DNA from: Bacteroidota bacterium
GTDB lineage: Bacteria > Bacteroidota > Bacteroidia > 2-12-FULL-35-15
NCBI GenBank assembly: GCA_947449315.1
Contig: CANFRC010000012.1
Span: 5,842-69,841 of the forward strand
Direction of reading: 5' to 3'
DNA length: 64,000 bases
The notes under the pieces were generated by a model. The model saw only the letters and a program-made list of their open reading frames with translations, was not told where the DNA came from and searched no databases. Below, one piece after another: positions 19,086 to 30,036 of this stretch (positions are counted from its first letter, which is position 1; every line of letters starts with the position of its first letter). The translations under genes were made by a program, and so were the position numbers.

Positions 19086-20237
19086 TTGAATCTATTTAAA
19101 TACATAAAAGGAGATAAGGTTATTTGGACAATAGTATTGCTACTTTCCCTATTATCTATTTTAGTTGTTTACAGTTCAGTCGTTGCCTTGGCCTATCGAT
19201 ATAAAAATGGTGATACGGCGTCTTATTTGATCAAACATATTTTTATTGTTGGTTCTGGAATATTTTTAATGTATTTAGTTCACAAAGTAAAATATTCTTA
19301 TTTCTCAAGGATCTCACAAATTGCGATAATTCTTGCAGCTCCTTTATTGTTATACACACTCATGAAGGGGGTGAGTGCTGGTGAAGCATCTCGTTGGTTG
19401 GCCATTCCGGGCACATCATTGACATTTCAAACATCTGATTTTGCGAAACTGGCCTTGATCATATACGTTGCTCGAATGCTTTCAATAAAGCAAGATGTGA
19501 TAAAAGATTTCAAACAAGCGTTTTTACCAATTGTAATTCCAGTAGGAATTATTTGTGCATTAATTTTTCCTGCAAATTTTTCTACCGCAGCTTTGTTGTT
19601 TTTAACATGCCTGGTTTTAATGTTTGTTGGACGAATGAATGCAAAACATTTACTCCTTCTTGTCGGTTCGGCTATTGTCTTTGGTGTGTTGTTAATTGTT
19701 TTGATATTTAATTTCCCTACGATTGTAAAACGAGGTGAAACCTGGAAAGCGCGTATCGAAAATTTCAGTAAAGGGGATAGTGAAAGTAATTTTCAGGCAG
19801 AGCAGGCAAAAATTGCAATCGCTACAGGTCGTGTTTTTGGGAAAGGGCCTGGCAATAGTATGCAACGAAATTTTTTACCCCAAGCATCTTCCGATTTTAT
19901 CTTTGCTATTGTGATTGAAGAATGGGGTTTAATTACTGCTATTCTTATAGTTTTTTTATATATAGTCCTCTTGTTTCGTGGTGTACGTATCGCCAATAAA
20001 AGCGAGCGCACTTTTGGTAGTTTACTTGCCATTGGCTTAACATTCAGTTTGGTTTTTCAGGCAATTATTAATATGGCTGTTGCAGTCAATTTATTTCCTG
20101 TTACCGGACAACCATTGCCTTTAGTCAGCATGGGTGGAACATCAATTTGGTTTACAAGTATTGCAATCGGAATTATTTTAAGTGTCAGTCGCGAAACAGA
20201 AATTGCTGAGGAAGGGGGGTCGATTGAAGCCGCTTAA
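19086..20237 (+). CDS. ftsW: SEDS peptidoglycan polymerase FtsW
   Basis: ASRWL, FQTSDFAK, SDFIFAIVIEEWG, PVTGQPLPLVSMGGTS; TTG start. Confidence 0.95.
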   Translation: MNLFKYIKGDKVIWTIVLLLSLLSILVVYSSVVALAYRYKNGDTASYLIKHIFIVGSGIFLMYLVHKVKYSYFSRISQIAIILAAPLLLYTLMKGVSAGEASRWLAIPGTSLTFQTSDFAKLALIIYVARMLSIKQDVIKDFKQAFLPIVIPVGIICALIFPANFSTAALLFLTCLVLMFVGRMNAKHLLLLVGSAIVFGVLLIVLIFNFPTIVKRGETWKARIENFSKGDSESNFQAEQAKIAIATGRVFGKGPGNSMQRNFLPQASSDFIFAIVIEEWGLITAILIVFLYIVLLFRGVRIANKSERTFGSLLAIGLTFSLVFQAIINMAVAVNLFPVTGQPLPLVSMGGTSIWFTSIAIGIILSVSRETEIAEEGGSIEAA

Positions 20238-21339
20238 GATAATTGTTAGCGGAGGTGGAACGGGAGGGCATATCTTTCCAGCTATCGCTATTGCAAATGC
20301 CATTAAAGCCTTAAGACCCGATACGGAATTTCTGTTTGTTGGTGCTGAAGGAAAAATGGAGATGGAAAAAGTGCCGGCTGCAGGATATAAGATTGAAGGA
20401 CTTTGGATATCGGGTTTTCAAAGAAAAATTTCTATGTCAAACTTAGCTTTCCCTTTTAAAGTGATCAGCAGTTTGCTAAAAGCTAAAAAAATATTTAAAA
20501 CATTTAAACCTGATGCTGTAATTGGTACAGGAGGATTTGCTAGTGGACCAATGTTGCAGGTTGCAGCAAAAAATGGTGCTGTCACTCTAGTTCAGGAACA
20601 AAATTCATATCCTGGTATCACAAATAAAATTCTTTCTAAAAAAGTTGATAGAATATGTGTTGCCTATGCTGGAATGGAGAAATATTTTCCGAAACAAAAA
20701 ATATTGCTGACTGGAAATCCTGTAAGACAGGATATTTTGAGTTTGGATGGAAAGCGTGAAAGAGGCTTAGAATACTTTGGATTGAATGGCAACAAAAAAA
20801 TAATCCTTGTGATTGGTGGAAGTTTAGGAGCAAGAACAATCAATGAAAGTATTGTTAATTGTTTGCATGAATTCGAAAAAAACAACATTCAATTGCTATG
20901 GCAAACCGGAAAAGGATTTTTCGATACAGCAAAACAAGCGGTTTCAAAATATGAAGAAAAAGGAATAAACGCTTTCGATTTTATTCAAAAAATGGATTAC
21001 GCTTATGCTGTTGCCGATATTGTTATTTCAAGAGCAGGTGCAAGTTCAGTTTCAGAATTATGTTTGGTAAAAAAGCCTTGCATATTGATCCCTTCACCAA
21101 ATGTTGCAGAAGATCATCAGACAAAAAATGCGATGGCGCTTGTGACACATAATGCCGCTGTCATAATTAAAGATGTTGATTCCAGAGAAAAGTTGTGTTC
21201 TGAGACATTAGCGTTAATATATAATGAAACACAGTGTTTGAAGTTGTCCGAAAATATTGGACGATTAGCGTTTCAGGATTCAGCAACAGTAATTGCCAAT
21301 GAGGTCTTGAGTCTGATAAATAAAAAGGGTAATAAATAG
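20224..21339 (+). CDS. murG: Undecaprenyl-PP-MurNAc-pentapeptide GlcNAc transferase
   Basis: GGGTGGHIFP, QEQNS, GGSLGA, SRAGA, DHQTKNA; TTG 20224 is the likely start. Confidence 0.96.
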   Translation: MKPLKIIVSGGGTGGHIFPAIAIANAIKALRPDTEFLFVGAEGKMEMEKVPAAGYKIEGLWISGFQRKISMSNLAFPFKVISSLLKAKKIFKTFKPDAVIGTGGFASGPMLQVAAKNGAVTLVQEQNSYPGITNKILSKKVDRICVAYAGMEKYFPKQKILLTGNPVRQDILSLDGKRERGLEYFGLNGNKKIILVIGGSLGARTINESIVNCLHEFEKNNIQLLWQTGKGFFDTAKQAVSKYEEKGINAFDFIQKMDYAYAVADIVISRAGASSVSELCLVKKPCILIPSPNVAEDHQTKNAMALVTHNAAVIIKDVDSREKLCSETLALIYNETQCLKLSENIGRLAFQDSATVIANEVLSLINKKGNK

Positions 21340-21340
21340 A

Positions 21341-22753
21341 ATGGATTTACATAAACTAAAACATATTTATTTCTTAGGCATAGGCGGCATTGGCATGAGC
21401 GCACTTGCTCGCTATTTTAAAGCGATGGGGAAAGAAGTAAGTGGTTATGATAAAACTTCGACCAAACTTACGGATGAACTTATAGCAGAAGGAATTGATA
21501 TTCATTTTGAAGATCATATCAGCAATATTCCTAGTTCAATTAAGGAACTTCCATACGCTATCAATTCTATTTTAATAGTTTACACGCCTGCCGTTCCAAT
21601 AGACCACAGCGAGTATGTTTTTTTTAATTTAAATGGGTTTAACATTAAAAAACGTGCTGAAGTATTGGGAATGATTACAGAAACTGCACATACTGTCGCT
21701 GTGGCTGGAACGCATGGTAAAACAACTACATCATCATTGATCGCGCATATTTTTTTAACTGCAGGATTAGATCCTTCTGCTTTTTTAGGTGGCATTACAC
21801 AAAATTACAACACGAATTTATTGTTAAGCTCCAATCTTAAAGCCATCAAAAACCATTCAACAACTCCAAATGTAATTGTTGTGGAGGCAGATGAGTACGA
21901 CCGCTCGTTTTTAACGCTTCATCCCGAAATGGCTGTTATCACTTCTGTTGATGCCGACCACCTGGATATCTATGGCGATAAAAAATTTGTGGAGGAGTCG
22001 TATTCTTTGTTCGCACGTCAGGTAAGATCAAAATTGATTCTTAAAAAGAATATTGTTTCTAAAGTGGATTCTGGAAAACAGGCCATCACGTATTCCGTAA
22101 ATGATGATACGGCAGACTTTTTTGCACAGGAAATTAAAATTGAAAATGGAGCTTATCACTATGAAATAGTTACTCCAACAACTATTTTTAGTAATATGAC
22201 ATTGGGTCTGCCGGGCTTACACAATGTAGAAAATTCTATTGCTGCAGTTGCAATAGCTTGTCAAATGAATATTCAGGAAGAAATAATTCGTAAGGCATTC
22301 GCATCTTTTCGCGGTGTTAGAAGACGTTTTGATTATCATATTAAAACAGATAAGTTGGTATATATCGATGATTATGCGCATCATCCGGAAGAGTTGAAAG
22401 CAACCATCAGTTCGGTAAAAGAGATGTATCCAGGAAAAAAAATTACTGGAGTATTTCAACCTCATTTGTTTTCCCGTACACGTGATTTTGCTGATGACTT
22501 TGCGCGTAGTCTAGATTTATTAGATGAATGTATTTTGATGGAAATTTATCCCGCAAGGGAATTACCAATTGAAGGAGTTACATCTCAATTATTATTAGAT
22601 AAAATGAGATCAACTCATAAAACAATTTGTCAGAAAACCGATTTGGTTAAAGAAATAAGTAGTCGTCAGTTAGATGTTCTGATCACATTAGGAGCCGGAG
22701 ACATCGACACATTTGTTGACCCTATTACGAAAGCATTAAATAGTAAAAATTGA
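21341..22753 (+). CDS. murC: UDP-MurNAc--L-alanine ligase
   Basis: GIGGIGMS, GTHGKTTT, EADEYDRSF, DDYAHHP, FQPHLFSRT. Confidence 0.97.
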   Translation: MDLHKLKHIYFLGIGGIGMSALARYFKAMGKEVSGYDKTSTKLTDELIAEGIDIHFEDHISNIPSSIKELPYAINSILIVYTPAVPIDHSEYVFFNLNGFNIKKRAEVLGMITETAHTVAVAGTHGKTTTSSLIAHIFLTAGLDPSAFLGGITQNYNTNLLLSSNLKAIKNHSTTPNVIVVEADEYDRSFLTLHPEMAVITSVDADHLDIYGDKKFVEESYSLFARQVRSKLILKKNIVSKVDSGKQAITYSVNDDTADFFAQEIKIENGAYHYEIVTPTTIFSNMTLGLPGLHNVENSIAAVAIACQMNIQEEIIRKAFASFRGVRRRFDYHIKTDKLVYIDDYAHHPEELKATISSVKEMYPGKKITGVFQPHLFSRTRDFADDFARSLDLLDECILMEIYPARELPIEGVTSQLLLDKMRSTHKTICQKTDLVKEISSRQLDVLITLGAGDIDTFVDPITKALNSKN

Positions 22754-23583
22754 AAAAGTTCAAAAAAATAGCATTTATTTCCATTTGGGTAATCCTAATC
22801 ATAGGGTTGTTGGTGAGCATGGGCTTTGTAAACAAAGCGCAAGATTCATTGTTATGCAAAAAAATTGATGTGACAGTGAACCAGGATGGCGATCTTTATT
22901 TTCTTGATAAGATGGATGTGGAGCAGTTGATAAAAGACAGAGGTAATCCTATTGTTGGGCAGCCTAAATCATTTGTTAATGTTCCTGAAATAGAAAAGTC
23001 GTTAAATAGCCACGCAGCTATTGCAAACGCAGAAGTATACATGACCATTGATGGCGATTTGAAAGTAGACGTAAAGCAACGTAATCCTGTTGTTCGATTG
23101 ATTAATTTGGATGGAGACAGCTATTATATTGATGATAATGGAGAACTGATGCCACTTTCAGATAAATATACAGCAAAAGTTTTGGTAGTAAATGGATTTA
23201 TTTTGGAACCGTTCGCATCCCGTTACAAATATTCGATTGATGATATTGGAAAAGATAGTTTGTTGAATGCAACAAGTATGTTAGGGCAGATCTATGCCAT
23301 GGCGAATTATATCAATGCCAATGAATTCTGGAAGTCTCAGGTTCAGCAGATTTATATCAATAAGGATAAAGACATGGAAATTGTTCCAATGGTTGGAGAT
23401 CAGAAAATCATTTTCGGCGATACGACAGCAATGGATGAGAAATTTAAAAAACTCCTCACCTTTTATCAGCAAGGTTTAAATACAACAGGTTGGTGGGATA
23501 AATATTCAACAATAAATTTAAAGTTTAAGAATCAGATTGTTTGTACAAAAAAAGAATTACTCAAAGTCAATAAAATAAATTAA
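22750..23583 (+). CDS. ftsQ: Cell division protein FtsQ
   Basis: Lies between murC and ftsA; N-terminal TM helix, POTRA-like region, INLKFKNQIVC C-terminus. Confidence 0.88.
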   Translation: MKKFKKIAFISIWVILIIGLLVSMGFVNKAQDSLLCKKIDVTVNQDGDLYFLDKMDVEQLIKDRGNPIVGQPKSFVNVPEIEKSLNSHAAIANAEVYMTIDGDLKVDVKQRNPVVRLINLDGDSYYIDDNGELMPLSDKYTAKVLVVNGFILEPFASRYKYSIDDIGKDSLLNATSMLGQIYAMANYINANEFWKSQVQQIYINKDKDMEIVPMVGDQKIIFGDTTAMDEKFKKLLTFYQQGLNTTGWWDKYSTINLKFKNQIVCTKKELLKVNKIN

Positions 23584-23642
23584 ATAATTAATCAATCGGA
23601 TTTTCCTTTTAGGAAATTCAGAGGGTAAATAAATTCAGCACA

Positions 23643-24920
23643 ATGGAGCCATCAGAAATCGTAGTAGGTTTAGACATCGGAACAACAAAAATTGTAGCCA
23701 TCGTTGGTCGCAGAAATGAATTCGGAAAAATAGAAATCCTGGGGATGGGAAAATCCGAATCGTTTGGCGTAGCCCGAGGTGTTGTTCAGAATATTGATCA
23801 AACTGTTCAATCTATTCAAACGGCTGTTGCCGAAGCGGAAGCGAAATCAGGAGTCGATATTAAAGTTGTTAATGTTGGAATAGCGGGTCAACATATCAGA
23901 AGTATGCAGCATCGTGGTATTAAAACAAGAGCAAGTAATGAACTGGAAATATCTCAGAATGATATCGATTCATTAATAGATGATATGTTCAAACTGATGA
24001 TGGCTCCGGGCGAAGAAATTATTCATGTCTTGCCTCAGGAATATATTATTGATAACGAGTCGGGAATAAAAAATCCTATAGGTATGTCAGGAAACCGACT
24101 GGAAGCAAACTTTCACATCATCACCGGTCAAATTGCTGCTGCAAGAAATATTTATAAATGTGTTCAGAAAGCTGGGTTGGAAGTTTCTGAATTAACATTA
24201 GAACCTTTGGCTTCAGCAGATGCCGTATTAAGCAATGAAGAAAAAGAAGCAGGTGTTGTATTGGTAGATATTGGAGGTGGTACAACAGATGTTGCAATTT
24301 TTCAGGATGGAATTATTCGTCACACTGCAGTTATTCCATTTGGAGGTAATGTCATCACAGAAGATGTGAAAGAAGGTTGTACGATCATTAAAAGTCAGGC
24401 AGAATTATTGAAAATAAAATTCGGTTCTGCATTGGCAAGTGAGAATCAGGAGAATGAAATTGTTTCTATTCCTGGTTTAAGGGGGCGTGCACATAAAGAA
24501 ATTTCTGTCCGAAATTTATCAGCAATCATTCAAGCAAGAATGGAAGAGATCATTGAGCATGTGTATTATGAAATAAAACATTCTGGTTACGAGAAAAAAT
24601 TAATTGCAGGAATTGTGGTTACAGGAGGTGGTGCACAATTGAAACATGTATCTCAATTGGTAGAGTATATTACAGGAATGGATACGCGTATCGGTTATCC
24701 AAATGAGCACCTTGCCAAAGGCAGTGAAGAAGTCACTAGCCCTCTTTTTGCTACATCTGTAGGTCTTGTTATGAAAGGGTTGCAAACATTGGATAAGCAG
24801 AATACGAAAATGTCATCGACAGAAGCACCTTCAAAAATTAAAGGACATTCTAAGGAAAGAACAACAGGTTTCTTTGATAAATTAAAAAGTTTTTTTGATG
24901 AAGATGCGGCTTCGAAATAG
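23643..24920 (+). CDS. ftsA: Cell division protein FtsA
   Basis: GLDIGTTK, DIGGGTTD, TGGGAQL. Confidence 0.97.
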   Translation: MEPSEIVVGLDIGTTKIVAIVGRRNEFGKIEILGMGKSESFGVARGVVQNIDQTVQSIQTAVAEAEAKSGVDIKVVNVGIAGQHIRSMQHRGIKTRASNELEISQNDIDSLIDDMFKLMMAPGEEIIHVLPQEYIIDNESGIKNPIGMSGNRLEANFHIITGQIAAARNIYKCVQKAGLEVSELTLEPLASADAVLSNEEKEAGVVLVDIGGGTTDVAIFQDGIIRHTAVIPFGGNVITEDVKEGCTIIKSQAELLKIKFGSALASENQENEIVSIPGLRGRAHKEISVRNLSAIIQARMEEIIEHVYYEIKHSGYEKKLIAGIVVTGGGAQLKHVSQLVEYITGMDTRIGYPNEHLAKGSEEVTSPLFATSVGLVMKGLQTLDKQNTKMSSTEAPSKIKGHSKERTTGFFDKLKSFFDEDAASK

Positions 24921-25071
24921 TTCTAATCATGGCGCGAAATTAACAAGCCATAGTTAGTAACTAACAAGTTAAGTGTTAATTCTACATTAAAAAAAGAAGC
25001 AATTTTAGGGCATTATTAAAATAGGTTTGCTTGAATTGCAATAATATCAAACATTTTAAATACAAAAAGCA

Positions 25072-26742
25072 ATGATGAAATTTGATTTATCTAGTGACAA
25101 CTCTTCAATAATTAAAGTTATTGGAGTTGGTGGTGGCGGAAGTAACGCTGTTAACCATATGTATAAACAAGGAATAAAAGGAGTTGATTTTATTGTTTGC
25201 AATACAGATCAGCAAGCATTGGATATCAGCCCTGTTCCCTTAAAAATAGTTTTGGGTGCAAGTTTAACAAGAGGACGTGGTGCAGGATCTTTACCTGAAG
25301 TGGGTAAAAATGCAGCAATCGAAAATATAGAAGAAGTAAAAGCATTGTTAGCAAATAATACCGAAATGGTATTTATCACTGCTGGATTAGGTGGTGGTAC
25401 AGGTACAGGTGCAGCTCCGATCATTGCCAAAGCTGCGAAAGAAATGGGCATCTTGACAGTAGGTATTGTTACTATTCCTTTCGGATTTGAAGGTAAAAAA
25501 CGTAAAGCACAGGCTGACGAAGGTTTAGAAGCCTTAAAAGCAAATGTAGATACCTTGCTTGTTATTAGCAACGATAAATTGCGTGAGATCTATGGTAATT
25601 TAAAAGTAACAGAAGCTTTTGGTCATGCCGATGATATCCTAGCAACTGCTGCCAAAGGGATCGCTGATATTATCACAACTACTTTGCAAATCAATACCGA
25701 TATCAATGACGTAAAAACCGTTATGAAAGAAAGTGGTGTCGCAATTATGGGTTCTGCCATGGCTAGTGGCGAACAAAGAGCATTACGTGCCGTTGAACAA
25801 GCAATGTCATCTCCATTATTAAATGATAGTAACATCAAAGGTGCGCGTTATGTATTGGTGAATGTTACTTGTGGTGAGGACGAAATCACAATGGATGAAT
25901 TAGGTGAAATCACCGATTTTATTCAGGATGCTGCTGGTATGACTGCTGAAGTCATCAAAGGATATGGCGTTGATTTGTCTTTGGGTGATAAAGTAAATGT
26001 TACTATCATTGCTACAGGCTTTAATTCGAAAGCAGATGTTGGTATTCAGATCGATAGAGCTCCTGCTAAAATTGTACATAAATTAGTGGAAGATGTTAAA
26101 CAAGAAGAAACTCCTGTTGTACCATTTGCTTTTGTTGCTCCAAAAACAGAGGAGATTATCTCTTTTGATCAACAAGAAGAAATAACATCTTATATTAAAG
26201 AAGAAGAGGTAAAGGCAATAGTAATAGAAGATGTTGTTGCTGAAACTACTGAAATAACAGAAGAATTTGTTGAAGAGCCTTTTATGTTCATTCAGGAAAC
26301 AGAAGCCCCAATTGCTCAACTAGAAGAAGTAAAAGAAGAAGAAAGACAAGTTACATTTGAATTCGAAATAACAAATAACAATGTAGTTTCGGAAGAGCCA
26401 TTTGTAATAAATACTAGTGCGGAAGAGCCTGTAATGAAATCAGATACGTTTGTTGAAAGCGTTGAAGAAAACAGTTTCGTTTCAAAAGTTCAGGACGATG
26501 AACAATTGAAAAAAGCTCAAGACCGTGTTGCTAAATTAAAGGAATTAAGTTTTAAATTAAAATCTCCTAATGGTCTTTCGGAGTTGGAGAATGAGCCTGC
26601 ATATAAAAGAAGAAATATAAATTTGGACGCTACACCGCATTCTTCAGAATCGCAAGTGTCTCGTTATACTTTAACTGAAGGAGATGATAAGAAAGTTGAG
26701 ATCAAGCCGAACAATTCTTTTTTACATGATAATGTAGACTAA
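25072..26742 (+). CDS. ftsZ: Cell division protein FtsZ with long acidic linker
   Basis: GVGGGGSNA, GGGTGTG tubulin signature, C-terminal EPAYKRR...FLHDNVD. Confidence 0.98.
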   Translation: MMKFDLSSDNSSIIKVIGVGGGGSNAVNHMYKQGIKGVDFIVCNTDQQALDISPVPLKIVLGASLTRGRGAGSLPEVGKNAAIENIEEVKALLANNTEMVFITAGLGGGTGTGAAPIIAKAAKEMGILTVGIVTIPFGFEGKKRKAQADEGLEALKANVDTLLVISNDKLREIYGNLKVTEAFGHADDILATAAKGIADIITTTLQINTDINDVKTVMKESGVAIMGSAMASGEQRALRAVEQAMSSPLLNDSNIKGARYVLVNVTCGEDEITMDELGEITDFIQDAAGMTAEVIKGYGVDLSLGDKVNVTIIATGFNSKADVGIQIDRAPAKIVHKLVEDVKQEETPVVPFAFVAPKTEEIISFDQQEEITSYIKEEEVKAIVIEDVVAETTEITEEFVEEPFMFIQETEAPIAQLEEVKEEERQVTFEFEITNNNVVSEEPFVINTSAEEPVMKSDTFVESVEENSFVSKVQDDEQLKKAQDRVAKLKELSFKLKSPNGLSELENEPAYKRRNINLDATPHSSESQVSRYTLTEGDDKKVEIKPNNSFLHDNVD

Positions 26743-26759
26743 TATTAATTTTATTGTAT

Positions 26760-26794
26760 AAAAAGTCCCGTTAGTTTTCTAACGGGACTTTTTT
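26760..26794 (+). terminator. Intrinsic terminator of the dcw operon
   Basis: AAAAGTCCCGTTAG-TTTT-CTAACGGGACTTTTTT. Confidence 0.85.
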
Positions 26795-26915
26795 ATTGAA
26801 ATCTAAGTATAAAACAGCACACGCTTTAATATCTTTTATTTAACTTTAACCTCAGGAATTTTTATCGAAAAGATTTCTACTGAACAATATATAATTTTTA
26901 AAATTTTAATATAAA

Positions 26916-27359
26916 ATGGCTTTAGAAGAAAAAATTAATGCAGATATCAAATCAGCTATGTTGGCTAAAGATGCTGCTAAATTAGAGGCCTTGCGTGCCG
27001 TTAAATCAGCAATATTATTATTAAAGACTTCTTCAGAAGGATTGAATGATGATACTGAAATGAAAGCCTTGCTAAAAATGGTGAAGCAACGTAAAGAAAC
27101 CGCAGAACTATATGTTTCTCAGAATCGGAAAGATTTGGCAGATGTAGAATTGTCGCAAGCAGCAGTTATTGAAGCATACTTGCCACAACAAATGTCTGAA
27201 GCTGATGTGAAAGCTGAAGTGGCGAATATTATCTCTAGTTTAGGCGCTACGTCTCCTGCTGATATGGGAAAAGTGATGGGAGTTGCATCCAAACAATTAG
27301 CTGGTAAGGCAGATGGTAAACTAATTTCTACAATTGTAAAAGAACTGTTGAGTAAATAA
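26916..27359 (+). CDS. yqeY: GatB/YqeY domain protein
   Basis: IKSAMLAKD, KQRKE, YLPQQMSE, DMGKVMG, GKADG. Confidence 0.92.
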   Translation: MALEEKINADIKSAMLAKDAAKLEALRAVKSAILLLKTSSEGLNDDTEMKALLKMVKQRKETAELYVSQNRKDLADVELSQAAVIEAYLPQQMSEADVKAEVANIISSLGATSPADMGKVMGVASKQLAGKADGKLISTIVKELLSK

Positions 27360-27371
27360 TATTTTAGAAAT

Positions 27372-27409
27372 AAAAAAAGCCTCGTGTAATAGTTACACGA
27401 GGCTTTTTT
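27372..27409. terminator. Bidirectional terminator between yqeY and groEL
   Basis: AAAAAAAGCCTCGTGTAA-TAG-TTACACGAGGCTTTTTT between convergent genes. Confidence 0.88.
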
Positions 27410-27425
27410 ATACTGGTATTTATAA

Positions 27426-29078
<1,653 letters not shown>

Positions 29079-29179
29079 TTAAATATTTATTAATTAGTTG
29101 ATTTGAAAATTCTGTGAAGTTTATTTTTGACTTGAATTATAGGTGCTTTGTAGCATTTTTAAATGGCTACATTTTCAAA

Positions 29180-29482
29180 TCAGACAATCGCAAAGATGTC
29201 ACTTTCACGCATGATTAAAAGATCTTTTCCTTCAACCTGAACTTCTGTGCCGGCGTATTTACCATACAATACGGTATCGCCTACTTTCACTTCTGGTTTG
29301 TTTCCTTTATCATCCTTTTCACTCACAGCGATAACTTTACCTCTTTGTGGTTTTTCTTTCGCTGTATCAGGAATAATGATTCCACTCGCTGTTTTTTCTT
29401 CTGCTGGTGCAGCTTCAACAACTACTCTGTTTTGAGTACCTGCAACAGGTTTGATGTTTACTTTAGAACTTGTTTTTGCCAT
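29180..29482 (-). CDS. groES: Co-chaperonin GroES
   Basis: [18 protein letters not shown] mobile loop, [17 protein letters not shown]. Confidence 0.97.
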   Translation of the reverse strand: MAKTSSKVNIKPVAGTQNRVVVEAAPAEEKTASGIIIPDTAKEKPQRGKVIAVSEKDDKGNKPEVKVGDTVLYGKYAGTEVQVEGKDLLIMRESDIFAIV

Positions 29483-29543
29483 TGCTGTTTTATTTGAATG
29501 TTTAACTTATTTTTTTCCATTTTATATTCGCGACAACCTGTTG

Positions 29544-29559
29544 TCAGAAATTATACCAA
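29544..29559 (-). promoter_or_regulatory. Candidate sigma54-type -24/-12 promoter for groES-groEL
   Basis: Minus strand TTGG-TATAATTTCT-GA: GG-N10 spacing is correct but -12 reads GA rather than the canonical GC. Confidence 0.4.
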
Positions 29560-29609
29560 TTGGCTTTAAATGTTATTAATGGACAATTTTGCAGATTAAC
29601 CATTGTTTG

Positions 29610-29652
29610 AAAAAAAAATGTCAGAATGTGTGTGACACTCTGACAATTTTTT
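29610..29652 (-). terminator. Intrinsic terminator after secG
   Basis: Minus strand TGTCAGAGTGT-CACAC-ACATTCTGACA followed by a T run. Confidence 0.75.
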
Positions 29653-29670
29653 AATGTATTAATTGTTCGG

Positions 29671-30030
29671 TTATTTTTTTTCTGTTCCTGGCGTTGGAGC
29701 AGCAGGAGTTGCATTATTTGCAGGTGCCGCAGGCGCAGGAGTTGCATTTTCAGAACTGCCGGCCATATTACGAGTTGTTGATGTTGTTCCCGTAGCTGTT
29801 CCTTCCGTTGTTTTGTTTAATGAAGTTGAAATGATACATAATACCAATAACGAAGCCGCTAAGGTCCATGTTGCTTTTTCTAAGAAGTCAGCTGTCTTTC
29901 GAACACCCATTACTTGATTTGAAGATGAAAATGAAGAGGCTAGTCCACCACCTTTAGAATTTTGTACCAATACAACTAAGATTAGAAGTATACAAACAAT
30001 TATTATTAATATTGAAATGATAGCTGCCAT
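29671..30030 (-). CDS. secG: Preprotein translocase subunit SecG
   Basis: VLVQNSKGGGL, FLEKATW, two TM helices. Confidence 0.95.
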   Translation of the reverse strand: MAAIISILIIIVCILLILVVLVQNSKGGGLASSFSSSNQVMGVRKTADFLEKATWTLAASLLVLCIISTSLNKTTEGTATGTTSTTRNMAGSSENATPAPAAPANNATPAAPTPGTEKK

Positions 30031-30036
30031 TGTTAA

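Noticed and set aside
14437-23583. Absence of murF, murB and ddl from the dcw cluster
   Set aside because: Normal for Bacteroidota, where these genes lie elsewhere
26050-26520. Glu-rich low-complexity region in ftsZ as a possible insertion or repeat element
   Set aside because: In frame and consistent with the long disordered linker typical of Bacteroidota FtsZ
29483-29670. CIRCE/HrcA operator before groES
   Set aside because: No TTAGCACTC-N9-GAGTGCTAA; the visible inverted repeat is explained as the secG terminator
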